Positions 7,548 to 17,700 of a stretch of DNA of 32,238 nt are shown piece after piece; positions within the stretch are counted from its first letter, which is position 1; every line of letters starts with the position of its first letter. The translations under genes were made by a program, and so were the position numbers. A model generated the notes under the pieces. The model saw only the letters and a list, made by a program, of their open reading frames with translations, was not told the origin of the DNA and did no database searches. The stretch lies in the IMG/VR virus record IMGVR_UViG_3300005611_000129, positions 1-32,238 of that record; one strand, 5' to 3'. The stretch is from a virus (Duplodnaviria > Caudoviricetes).

Positions 7548-8061
7548 AGAGCTTGAACGAGTTGGTAAGTTATCTCTTGTAGATGCCAAGATTAAGCATG
7601 TTGATGAGATAAAGGATCGGTTAAGATTTCCAGATGTAAGAGAGTGCCTTATTCATGGGGTGTCTCCCACTCAAGCCTTGACCGATCCTTTCTATGTTCT
7701 TGGTGCTAGAAACTTTTCCATTAGGTTTGATGAAAAGATTATTGGGATGTGTGGCACAGTTCCAATTGATAATTCACACGCTAGAGTGTGGATGCTGGGA
7801 ACAGAGGACATTGACGAAAACTGGATTTCATTCTTAAAGGGGTCTAGGAAAGTGGTTGATATACTACAAGGTGCATATCAAAAGATAGAAAACTTCATAC
7901 CAATAGATCACGAACACACAATTATGTGGTTGCAGTGGTGTGGTTTTGAACTTGACGAGAATATGTACGAGGTCAGCAGTCACAGCATGGTTAGATTTAT
8001 TCGTTGCAAAAAAACTAAAAATAATGTTTACTATCTTCCAACACGGCCTGTAATGCACTGA
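7540..8061 (+). CDS. GNAT-fold protein, T7 gp13 (internal virion protein A)/DUF2833-like
   Basis: LRFPDVREC...VWMLGT...ENFIP..HEHTIMWLQWCGF. Confidence 0.75.
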   Translation: MAKELERVGKLSLVDAKIKHVDEIKDRLRFPDVRECLIHGVSPTQALTDPFYVLGARNFSIRFDEKIIGMCGTVPIDNSHARVWMLGTEDIDENWISFLKGSRKVVDILQGAYQKIENFIPIDHEHTIMWLQWCGFELDENMYEVSSHSMVRFIRCKKTKNNVYYLPTRPVMH

Positions 8062-8141
8062 GCGACCCTACTTGGACAATCGCGTTGACGATGCGGAGCA
8101 GACAACCGCAGAAACCGTAAACTCCAAGAAAGGACTGTAAA

Positions 8142-8954
8142 ATGGCTAACACTATTGATGTAGCATTTATTAAGCAGTTCGAGTCTGAAGTTCACATGGC
8201 TTATCAGCGTATGGGTTCAAAACTGCGGAACACTGTGCGCATGTCAAACAATGTGACTGGGACGACAACTCGCTTTCAGAAAATCGGTGCTGGCTCTGCC
8301 TCCACCAAATCTCGTAACGGCAATGTTACTGCTATGGAACTGGTTCACACTCAAGTTGAAGCAACCATGGCTGACTATTATGCCGCAGAATACATCGACA
8401 AGCTCGATGAACTGAAGATCAACATCAACGAGCGTCAGGCTGTAGCAACTTCTGCCGCCGCCGCCCTTGGTCGTAAGACTGATGAACTGATCTATGCCGC
8501 AATGGACTCAGGCGCAAACGGAACTGCAATTGCAGACACTGGTGGCGCACTGGTCAAGGCTGACATTCTGACTCTGTTTGAAACCTTTGGTTCGGCAGAT
8601 ATTCCAGAAGACGGACAGCGGTATCTTGCAATGCACCCATCGGGGTATGCCGATCTCTTCAACATCACTGAATTTGCTTCCAGTGACTTTGTTGGCGATC
8701 AGAATCTTCCCTATGCTGGCGGCATGACAATGAAAGAGTTCCTTGGATTCAAGGTATTCTCCACATCCGCTATCACTGCTGGTAAGAACATGGCATACCA
8801 CACCTCTGCTGTAGGTCTGGGCGTTAATGCTGATGTCACCACCGAGATCAACTATGTGCCTGAGAAAGTCGCACACCTCGCAACCTCGATGATGTCGATG
8901 GGTGCAGTTGTTATCGACTCCAACGGCGTATACGAAGTTCTCGACAACAACTAA
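8142..8954 (+). CDS. major capsid protein
   Basis: 270 aa; AFIKQFESEVHMAYQ, IDKLDELK, AALGRKTD motifs; AAGGA SD; follows the scaffold. Confidence 0.92.
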   Translation: MANTIDVAFIKQFESEVHMAYQRMGSKLRNTVRMSNNVTGTTTRFQKIGAGSASTKSRNGNVTAMELVHTQVEATMADYYAAEYIDKLDELKININERQAVATSAAAALGRKTDELIYAAMDSGANGTAIADTGGALVKADILTLFETFGSADIPEDGQRYLAMHPSGYADLFNITEFASSDFVGDQNLPYAGGMTMKEFLGFKVFSTSAITAGKNMAYHTSAVGLGVNADVTTEINYVPEKVAHLATSMMSMGAVVIDSNGVYEVLDNN

Positions 8955-8968
8955 CAGGAGGCTGATTA

Positions 8969-9232
8969 ATGGCTTATTCTGCATCTGGTCTTACCCGCAT
9001 GGCTAGCGGTGGTGGTCATAGCATTTGGTTCTATGATTCCACTGAGGCTATTACTGCGGTTCGTGTCTCTGGTTACTTTAATAACGCCGCATCAATGTTG
9101 AATGTTGGTGACGTTATTTTTGTGCTGGATAGCGATGCACCTGCTATGAGCATCTCGGTAGTTCTGTCAAATGATGGTTCAACTGTAGACATTGCTGATG
9201 GCACTGCATTGACAGTGACTGACACAGACTAA
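8969..9232 (+). CDS. small structural protein (possible capsid decoration)
   Basis: AGGAGG SD; GYFNNA..MLNVGDVI; sits between the capsid gene and its hairpin. Confidence 0.65.
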   Translation: MAYSASGLTRMASGGGHSIWFYDSTEAITAVRVSGYFNNAASMLNVGDVIFVLDSDAPAMSISVVLSNDGSTVDIADGTALTVTDTD

Positions 9233-9238
9233 TAGGGA

Positions 9239-9258
9239 GAGGGGGCTTCGGCCCCCTC
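9239..9258 (+). terminator. capsid-distal hairpin, probably a leaky terminator or stabiliser
   Basis: GAGGGGGC-TTCG-GCCCCCTC (cUUCGg tetraloop) with almost no U-tail; position analogous to T7 Tphi. Confidence 0.65.
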
Positions 9259-9265
9259 ACTTGAA

Positions 9266-9856
9266 ATGGCAACAAGCACAACAGCGGACTCTGGTATTGA
9301 TATTTGCTCGCGAGCATTGATTCTTATTGGGGCTGATCCAATTACTTCATTTGAAGATGGAACAACAGAGGCACTTGTCTCTGTTAATATGTATGAGGAT
9401 GTTGCTAGAGCATCATTGGTAAATACTCGCTGGAGGTTTGCCACCAATCAAGCTGTGCTTAACAGATTGTCTGATGCTCCTACTGGGCGTTATGATAAGG
9501 CCTATCAATTGCCAGCAAATCAGTTGATGGTTCACGCTGTAACTATCAATGACAACCTTATTGATTATCAGATTTACGGCAACAAGGTGTTTGCGAATAC
9601 TAACGATGCTGATGTTGTAATTGCTGATTATACTTACAGGGCTGGAGAAGAAAACTGGCCTTCCTACTTTACAATTGCTGTTGAATACGCAATGGCAGTT
9701 GTCTTTGCCACCTCTATTGCTAGAGATGCAAACTTGGCGGCACTCATGTTGAAGTCTGCGCAGGAAGCAATGGCAAAGGCAAGAAGCCTAGACTCACAAC
9801 AGCAAACTACACGCAAACTTTCTACTTCAAGGTTTATCACCAATAGGCGCAGTTAA
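9266..9856 (+). CDS. tail tubular protein A (adaptor, T7 gp11-like)
   Basis: IDICSRALILIGA.PITSF...WRFA...YQLP; size and synteny. Confidence 0.88.
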   Translation: MATSTTADSGIDICSRALILIGADPITSFEDGTTEALVSVNMYEDVARASLVNTRWRFATNQAVLNRLSDAPTGRYDKAYQLPANQLMVHAVTINDNLIDYQIYGNKVFANTNDADVVIADYTYRAGEENWPSYFTIAVEYAMAVVFATSIARDANLAALMLKSAQEAMAKARSLDSQQQTTRKLSTSRFITNRRS

Positions 9857-12117
9857 TGGCACGGATCAGAGTTCCTCTATCTAACTTTCAATTTGGGGAA
9901 GTCAGTCCGTCAATGTTGTCTCGGACCGATACTAGGGTCTATGGGAATGCCGCAAAGAAGGTAGAGAATTTCTTCCTTAGAAATGAAGGTGGCCTTCTGC
10001 GCAGATATGGCACACGCAAAGTCTATGAGTTTGATACCACAGTAGATACTACCAAGCGGCAACAGATTCGCTTGTTACCTTTTATTTTCTCAGATGATGA
10101 GCGTTATATTATCTCGCTTGAGAATGCCAAGATTCGTTGCTTTCTTATTGATCCTTCTACTGGGGATATTAGTCTTGCCGCAACAATAACCCAAGATGTT
10201 AATAGTGCGGCACTTCCATTCACTGATTCAATCTTGGATGAGATTACTTTTGCTCAGTCTGGTGACTTTATGTATCTCTGCCATCAGACATTTATGGTAA
10301 GAGAGTTGGTTAGAACTGGCCTTACTTCTTTTGAGGTAAGGACATACAACTTTGATACTAGTGCTGATGATGAATACATTCACCAGCCTTACTATTCTTT
10401 TCAAGGTTTGAATGTCACACTTGATCCATCAGCGACCACTGGCACTGTGACCCTTACCACATCTTCGCCATACTTTGATATTACTGGCACACAATCTGGG
10501 GGTAATTATCCTGACTCAAAGCATGTTGGCCTGACTCTTCGCTATCATGGCGAGGAGATTGAAATTACTTCTGTACAATCTACTACACAGGCAACTGGCG
10601 ATGTGCGTGATAAATTAGAAGTTCATCTTGATACTGATGCTATTGAGACTACTGATGGACTTGCTGATATTGCAATAACAATGGTTGACCACGGCCTTTC
10701 AACTGGTGATTCAATTGTGATTTCTCATGCTGGTGCTGTTGGTGGAATTAGCGCAAACCAGATTAATGGCACTCGCACTGTTCAAGATGTAGTTGATGAA
10801 AATGTTTTTATTGTAACGGCTGGTGCTAATGCCAATGATTCTGTTGTTGGTGGTGGCAGTCCGAAGATAGAAACTCATGCCGCAACAACTGAGTGGGAAG
10901 AACAATCATACAGTTCTTTGAGAGGGTATCCTGGGGCTGTCGCGTTTCACGAGAATCGTCTTTGGTTCGGCGGTACTCTTGGGCAACCAGATGGTATATG
11001 GGCTAGCCGTTCTGGTTTGTATTACAACTTTGATGTTGGTAATGCTGAAGATGACGATGCTCTGGATTTAATTGCTAGTATTGGTGAGATCAATACTATT
11101 CGTCACATAGTATCAAACCGCGATTTGCAGATGTTTACCAGTACATCTGAGATGTATATTCCGGCATTTGCTGACAAGCCAATCACGCCAACTAATGCGC
11201 AGATCAAAAGGCAGACACCGTATGGTTCTTCTTTTGTGCGTCCACAATCGCTTGATGGCGCGACATTGTTTGTGCAGAAGACTGGCTCAGTGGTTCGAGA
11301 GTATATTTATTCTGATGCAGAAGCGGCCTATGTTGCCAATGGTATTTCGACAATATCATCTCATTTAATTAATGACCCAGTGCAGATGGCAATTCTTAGA
11401 GGTGCTATTAACAGGCCTGAGTCATATGCTTTTGTTTTGAATGTTGATGGAACACTTGCAATCTTCACATCAAACAGAGCAGAAGAAAGGGCAGGGTGGT
11501 CGCAGTTTACTACAAGTGGTAAGTTTCATAGTGTCTGTGCCATTGATGATAGGGTTTTTCTTGTCGGGCAATACGACAAGGGGGATGGAACTCAGAAGTT
11601 TATTCTGACTGAGTTTGATGCTGATTTGTATATGGACTTCTCAGCAACATTCTCTGGTACTGCTGGGGTCTTTGATGTCTCTTCTCACTTTGCTAATGGT
11701 GCTGTGGTTTCAGTTAGGGATGGGGATAACTATCTTGGCGACTATACTGTTGCTAGTGGCAATGTTGATGTTTCTGCCGTTCAAGAAATTACCTCTGCTG
11801 AGATTGGCTATAACTTTACTGTTCAAGCAGAGACACTTCCCATTGATGCTTCCTTGTCTAATGGTCCACTTACAGGGAATCCAAGATCAATAAATCGTGT
11901 TATATTGGATTTGGTAAGTACGCTATCAGTATCTGTTAATGGTAAGCGTCTTGTGATAAGACAAGTTGGAGATGACTTTAGTTTGGGGCGTAATGCTGTG
12001 ACTGGGAAAAGAGAGTTTAGATTGCTGGGTTACTCCAAAGATCCAACAGTAATTATTACGCAAACAGCTCCGCTGTCGTTGCAAATTAATGGTATTATTG
12101 CGGAGGTATCGTTCTAA
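9856..12117 (+). CDS. tail tubular protein B (nozzle, T7 gp12-like)
   Basis: NFQFGEVSP start, GGLLRRYGT, GYPGAVAFHENRLWFGG; small inserted beta domain HGLSTGD. Confidence 0.9.
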   Translation: MARIRVPLSNFQFGEVSPSMLSRTDTRVYGNAAKKVENFFLRNEGGLLRRYGTRKVYEFDTTVDTTKRQQIRLLPFIFSDDERYIISLENAKIRCFLIDPSTGDISLAATITQDVNSAALPFTDSILDEITFAQSGDFMYLCHQTFMVRELVRTGLTSFEVRTYNFDTSADDEYIHQPYYSFQGLNVTLDPSATTGTVTLTTSSPYFDITGTQSGGNYPDSKHVGLTLRYHGEEIEITSVQSTTQATGDVRDKLEVHLDTDAIETTDGLADIAITMVDHGLSTGDSIVISHAGAVGGISANQINGTRTVQDVVDENVFIVTAGANANDSVVGGGSPKIETHAATTEWEEQSYSSLRGYPGAVAFHENRLWFGGTLGQPDGIWASRSGLYYNFDVGNAEDDDALDLIASIGEINTIRHIVSNRDLQMFTSTSEMYIPAFADKPITPTNAQIKRQTPYGSSFVRPQSLDGATLFVQKTGSVVREYIYSDAEAAYVANGISTISSHLINDPVQMAILRGAINRPESYAFVLNVDGTLAIFTSNRAEERAGWSQFTTSGKFHSVCAIDDRVFLVGQYDKGDGTQKFILTEFDADLYMDFSATFSGTAGVFDVSSHFANGAVVSVRDGDNYLGDYTVASGNVDVSAVQEITSAEIGYNFTVQAETLPIDASLSNGPLTGNPRSINRVILDLVSTLSVSVNGKRLVIRQVGDDFSLGRNAVTGKREFRLLGYSKDPTVIITQTAPLSLQINGIIAEVSF

Positions 12118-12563
12118 TGCTTGCTGGGCTTCAATTATTTGGGACTGCTATTTCAGCATTTTCTTCTATACAACAGGGTAGGGCGGCTCGTGCTGATGCG
12201 CAACGTCAAGCGGCAATGTATGAAGCAGAGCGAGTGAATAACAAGCTCGAAGCTTTACAACGTCATAATGATAGAATTGCCGCTTATGATTCTGCAAGGG
12301 CAACAAACAATGCTTGGTTTGCTTTTATTGGCAGAGACGCATCAGACAGATCAGTAAAGGCTTTCTTGGAGAAGCAGAAAGAAGTCGCTTATACCGATGT
12401 TGCTAGATCTGATCTTCAAGGATTTATGGATGATGACAAACTAAGAATGCAAGCTGGCTTTGCTAGAGCAAGAGGAAGGGCGGCATATCAAGCTGGATTG
12501 CTTGGTGCGGCATCGAGCATTACCAGTGGTCTATTCAAGTACCAGCAGATTAAGGGCGTATAA
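12117..12563 (+). CDS. internal virion (ejection) protein, gp14-like
   Basis: Ala/Gly-rich hydrophobic ends; synteny after the nozzle. Confidence 0.7.
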   Translation: MLAGLQLFGTAISAFSSIQQGRAARADAQRQAAMYEAERVNNKLEALQRHNDRIAAYDSARATNNAWFAFIGRDASDRSVKAFLEKQKEVAYTDVARSDLQGFMDDDKLRMQAGFARARGRAAYQAGLLGAASSITSGLFKYQQIKGV

Positions 12564-14785
12564 TGGCTGTTATAAGAGAAAGGCAACAGTTTAGAAACCA
12601 GAGGATTGGCGTTGTTCGCGCCGATACTGGTCAAACAGAATTGTGGCGGCAAGTAGGCGCAACTGCTGACAATCTTGTTGCTAATGTGTTTGAAGTTGCC
12701 AAGGCTAAAGCAGAGCAAAAAGGCATAGAACTTGCTGAACAATTCAAGCAGGAAGATCTTCTGCGCACTATTGACCCTGCTACTGGTAGGGCAGAAGCAT
12801 TCACTGTGCCTACTAATCTTGGTACTATAGCGCAAACCTCTTACAACAATACTATGCGGCGCAGATATATTCGCACCGCAGAAGATGAGATCAAGACCAA
12901 GGCGGCTGAGCTTTCAATCAAGCATCAATACGATCCGCATGGTCCAGAAAACTATGCAGTCTCAATGCAAGATTACATTGAGAATATGGTTAAGGTTACT
13001 GACCCCAACTTCTCTGAGGTTATTAAAGAACTTGGGTCTTCTTATCTTGCTAGCACAAAATTAAACCTGATGAGCAAACGTGCGGCGGCAATAGCGAATG
13101 TTGAGGCAATGGGTCTTCAGCAAGATGCGCACGATTTCGCTAGCAACATTAATGATTTTGGCAGTGACACAGATAGCATGATGCTGGCTTTTGAGATGGA
13201 AAGCATGGCACAAGACGATGCTGTTCAAGCTGGTATACTTTCTCCATCTCAAGCTAATGAGAATAAAAGGAATATGCGCAGGGCTATTCAGCAAGCCCCA
13301 CTTGCAAATATTTTAGTCCCGGGGTCTATGATTGAAGATGTAGATGCATCTGGTAATACTATTACAAGAGAGATTACTCCTGCTGATGCTGTCATGCTTG
13401 AGAATGCCTATAGGTCTAAGGGCAATCCAGAGGTAGTAAACAGACTGCCAAAGGGTGTGCGCAAGGTTTATGACCAGTCAATTGTAACTCTTATGAAAGA
13501 GGGCGAAGATCTTGACTGGGAAAAACTTAAAGAAAGAACTAATGAATATGGAGTAGATCTTAAGGGGGCTTATACCGCAACAGCTAAGGCTCTGAAGACT
13601 GAATCTCTTATTGTTGATATTGCAAATATGGCTGGCGATAACAGCGATAAGAAATATCGTGAAGCGGCAGATGAGATGGTGTTTAGATCGAGCCAACTTG
13701 CTAACCGCCAGCAATACAGTGTCTATTATAGAACAGAAGAATCTCTTGCCAATGTTGCGGTAAAAAGCAGTATTGCAAAAGGTGTTATCCCTGATCGCCT
13801 ATTGACTGATCTTGAAAATCTTTCAAATGGTATGGACTTCCCACCAGAGCAAACTCAGATTCTACTGCAACATTATCTGCGTTATGCCAACTACACTAAG
13901 AGAATTGGTGCGCCTATCAACATGCTGGTGATTGATGGGGGTCTTAGCGGCGAAGAAGATGCTATACTGAACTCTGTAGCTAGAATAGCGCAGATTCGTG
14001 GAAGTCAAGACTTTCCAACAATTATGGCTGAAGTAACTGCAAACAGCAGAAACAAGGAAGTTATTGGCGATAGGATAAATAAGTTATTTGCTGGCAACAA
14101 CGAAGTTAATAGTGTTGAGGATTATGTTCTTAGCAAGTTTGACAATGATGTTGCCACAGCGCAAAGGCTTGAGCCTTATGCTAGAAATCTAATTGCTAAT
14201 GGCATTACGCTCAAAGAACTCGATGCTGAGATGGAGCGTATTTATAATGGCGTGTATGTTGAGACTGCTGGATTTGTTATTGATCCGCTTGCTAGCGTGA
14301 ATGCCAATCGCTCGTTGTATGCTCTTGATAGAGTTATCCCCAATCAGGAACTGCAAGATATGTTCTTGATGGATGTGCAGGAAGCATTGCCGGAAGGATA
14401 TCACTTGGGTAAATCTCACGGCGACAAGAAGAGAGTGTATCTTGTTCCGCAAGATCTTTCTGGTACTGGCCTCAGTGATGAGTTGGGAAGCATTGGCGTG
14501 GTGTATCACGCAATGTATAAGAATGAGATTGGCGAGTTAGTGCCTGTCCCCAATCAATCAGATGGCGAGTTTCAATATATGTCCTTCTCAATTCGCGGTT
14601 ATAGAGAAGAGGCAAAGCGTATTGCAGAAGAGATGCGCAAAGCAGAGATTGAAGCTGGTCAGCCAAGCAGTCTTCAAATTATGCGCAGAGAACTTGAGAG
14701 TCGCACTGGCAAGATTGAGCAACCTCTCCCTGCGGATCTTATGGAAACTGAGGCCGCAACCGAAATGGACATTACAACCCCATAG
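12563..14785 (+). CDS. internal virion (ejection) protein, gp15-like
   Basis: 740 aa, helical composition; synteny. Confidence 0.65.
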   Translation: MAVIRERQQFRNQRIGVVRADTGQTELWRQVGATADNLVANVFEVAKAKAEQKGIELAEQFKQEDLLRTIDPATGRAEAFTVPTNLGTIAQTSYNNTMRRRYIRTAEDEIKTKAAELSIKHQYDPHGPENYAVSMQDYIENMVKVTDPNFSEVIKELGSSYLASTKLNLMSKRAAAIANVEAMGLQQDAHDFASNINDFGSDTDSMMLAFEMESMAQDDAVQAGILSPSQANENKRNMRRAIQQAPLANILVPGSMIEDVDASGNTITREITPADAVMLENAYRSKGNPEVVNRLPKGVRKVYDQSIVTLMKEGEDLDWEKLKERTNEYGVDLKGAYTATAKALKTESLIVDIANMAGDNSDKKYREAADEMVFRSSQLANRQQYSVYYRTEESLANVAVKSSIAKGVIPDRLLTDLENLSNGMDFPPEQTQILLQHYLRYANYTKRIGAPINMLVIDGGLSGEEDAILNSVARIAQIRGSQDFPTIMAEVTANSRNKEVIGDRINKLFAGNNEVNSVEDYVLSKFDNDVATAQRLEPYARNLIANGITLKELDAEMERIYNGVYVETAGFVIDPLASVNANRSLYALDRVIPNQELQDMFLMDVQEALPEGYHLGKSHGDKKRVYLVPQDLSGTGLSDELGSIGVVYHAMYKNEIGELVPVPNQSDGEFQYMSFSIRGYREEAKRIAEEMRKAEIEAGQPSSLQIMRRELESRTGKIEQPLPADLMETEAATEMDITTP

Positions 14786-14796
14786 GGTAATTTAGT

Positions 14797-17700
14797 ATGA
14801 GCAATATTGATTGGGATTTTATTCTTGATAAAGAAGGCGGCATCAAGACTCGCGGCTATGTACCTGACGCTGAAGGCTCACAGAGTGGCGTTACCATCGG
14901 TGGAGGTGTAGATCTTGGTGCAAGAAGCCTTAAAGATCTTGCTGGCTTACCTCAGGCTATTATTGACAAACTTGCTCCCTTCATTGGAGTCAGGGGTGCT
15001 GAAGCAGAAGCTATTGCCAATCAATTAGAATTAACAAACCCAGAAGCAAAAACAGTCACTGAATTTGCTAAAAATGAATCTCTGGAAGGTCTGCGTAAAC
15101 AATGGAAAAAGGCAACAGGTACAGATTTTAATAACCTTGACAGAGGCAAGGCAACTGTAATTGCTTCTGTTTCCTTCCAGCATGGCAGTTTGCCAATAGC
15201 AACACCAAATTTTTGGCGTTTAACAACGACAGGAGATTGGGAAGGTGCTATTCAAGAATTGCGCAACTTTAAAGATAGATACCCAACACGCCGCAATTCA
15301 GAGGCTGATTATTTAATTGAACACAGTTCTGATGAAATAATAAAAAAAAAATCTAAATCAGAAGTAGCCTTGGCAATGCCAAGTGAAGATGATGCCTTTG
15401 TATCTGAGCCAGCAAAGGATGTTACCCCTGTTGCTGAACCTCAAGACATTGATGCTACTTCTGTCGAGACTGTCTCTATTCCAGAAGCGCAAGTAGATGA
15501 AGGCTATGACGATAGTGAGATTGACTCTCCTGCCGATAGGATTGTCAAAGATATAGTCCAAGCCCCTCCGCGCAAACCACAACTGCAAATGGAAGCCCCT
15601 CCTAGCAAACCACAGTTGCAGATGGATGCTCCCCCTATGAGGCCTTCTGTAACGCCTTCTAAGCCAGCCCCAGGGCTTCTTACGACTGCGCCAGACTCAG
15701 AGGCTGTAGAAGACTTAGATCAAGCCCCTGACGCTCCTAGCCGTGTTAACAGGGCTTTGATAAATCCAAACAACTTTGAGCCTAGAATATTTACTAAGCC
15801 TGAGTTCAAAGCAGATCCAACTCTGCTTGAGACTATTGGTGCTTTGAATGCTTATACCTATGCCCCAATATTTAATTATTTGGGTAACGCCTTTGCGTAT
15901 CGAGATAGAGTTCAGAAGGGATATAACCCAATGGATGATATGCAAGGGTATGAGGCTTATGCTTCTAGCCTTATCCGCGCACAGAACTCAGAGCATATGG
16001 CTGAGATGAAGCGTGAGATAGATGCCTCAATTAAAAACAGAGAAATTCTTTATGGGGCTAGCATTGGTAAGCAATTTGTAGCTGGAATATTTGATCCCAT
16101 TAATATCGTTGCTCTTCCGTTTGGGCCTACTGTTGGTTTTGCAAGATCAGCGTTAAGAACAGGAACATCACTTGCCATTTTGCAAGCTGGTCAAGAAGCT
16201 ATTCGTGCGCCGTTTGATCCAGTTGGCACTAAAGAGGAGGTTGCACTTAACATTGGTTCTGCCTTTGTTTCTGGCATGGCTCTTGGTGGGTTGGTATCCA
16301 TTCCTCTTGGCATCCGTTCTCGCGCTATCAAGAATACTGCAAATGAATTAGATCAGATGGTAAAGGTCTTGGATGAGGCCGAAGTAGATGTTAGCCAGTT
16401 TGGTGTCCCAACTAAAGAGCGTCCATTTGCCAATATAAGACAAGATGCTTTAGAGGCTAGAGTAAAGCGTCTACCGAATAGAATAGATTTTCTTATTAAG
16501 CAACTGGATGAGATCCAATCTAATTTAGATTCTGCAATTGGTAAGGTTGCCAAAGAGCAGGGTGTAAGGATGGACATTGCCCAGAATATAGTTAATGGAC
16601 AGGTTCGGGGCATTGCTAGGGCAATTGATGAATATAAAATTGAACTTTCATCTTTGTCTAAGGAAGCTGATATAAGAAGAAAAGAGTTTGCCGCAATACA
16701 AGAAGCTGAATTGAAAGTTCCAGATCCTGCTGGGATTGCTGAGAATGCCTTTACTTCTTCTTGGCTATATCGCGGTATTACTACACCAATGAAGAGATTT
16801 CTTCAAAGCAAGAAACTTCCAACATCAGTCAAACTTGACATGCTTCGCCTTGCCGGAGATAGCGGCATACTTCTTAATATGCACAAGGCAGGTCTAAACT
16901 CAGGCTCTAGCGTTTATCAAGCGGCACAAGTATGGAATGGTAATTGGGCAAGATCTAATAGAAAACTGCAAGACTTGTGGGCAAGGGATACTGATACTGC
17001 AAACCTTCGCCTTCTTGACTACAACACAACTGCAATTGCTAGAGGGATAAAGTCTAAGTTTGTTCCCGAAGCTAATACTTATGAGCAGTGGTTGGACAAT
17101 ATTGGCGAGTTGTATGTTAAAGGAGAGAAGAATCTTACTGATCTTCAGCAAGAGGCAGTTGCTGAAATTAGAACCTTTTATAAAGATTGGGAAGAAAAGC
17201 TGTCTTCTGTCGGGCTGATTGGTAGCAGAAGAGAGATGGAATCTCGTGCCTTCAATATTGAAGCTGATATCGAGGTCATCAAGGGCAGGATTCAGAAATC
17301 AAGAAACAAACAACAGATAGAATATAACCAAGCAAGATTGGCTCGTCTTGAAAATGAACTTGAAGAAATTCAAGGCAACATTGAGACAATGAAGGAGTAC
17401 AAGATACTTCCTGCCAATGAAGAGGATATGTTCCCACGATATTGGAATAAGGAATACATCAAGCAGAACAGAGCCAGATTAGAGGCTGTTCTCTATGATT
17501 GGTATTATAAGAATCCATATATCTTTGAGAAGAATCTTTCTACTGGCAAGTACGAAAAGAAGATGCTTTCAAGAGATCCAGAAATGGTGAGAGGAAGAGC
17601 AAGAAAGAGTGTGGATGAGATTCTTGGTATTACTGATGTTGCTGATGATGCCAATGCTTTCTATGGGCACGGTAAATCAAAGCACTTTAGGCATCGCTCA

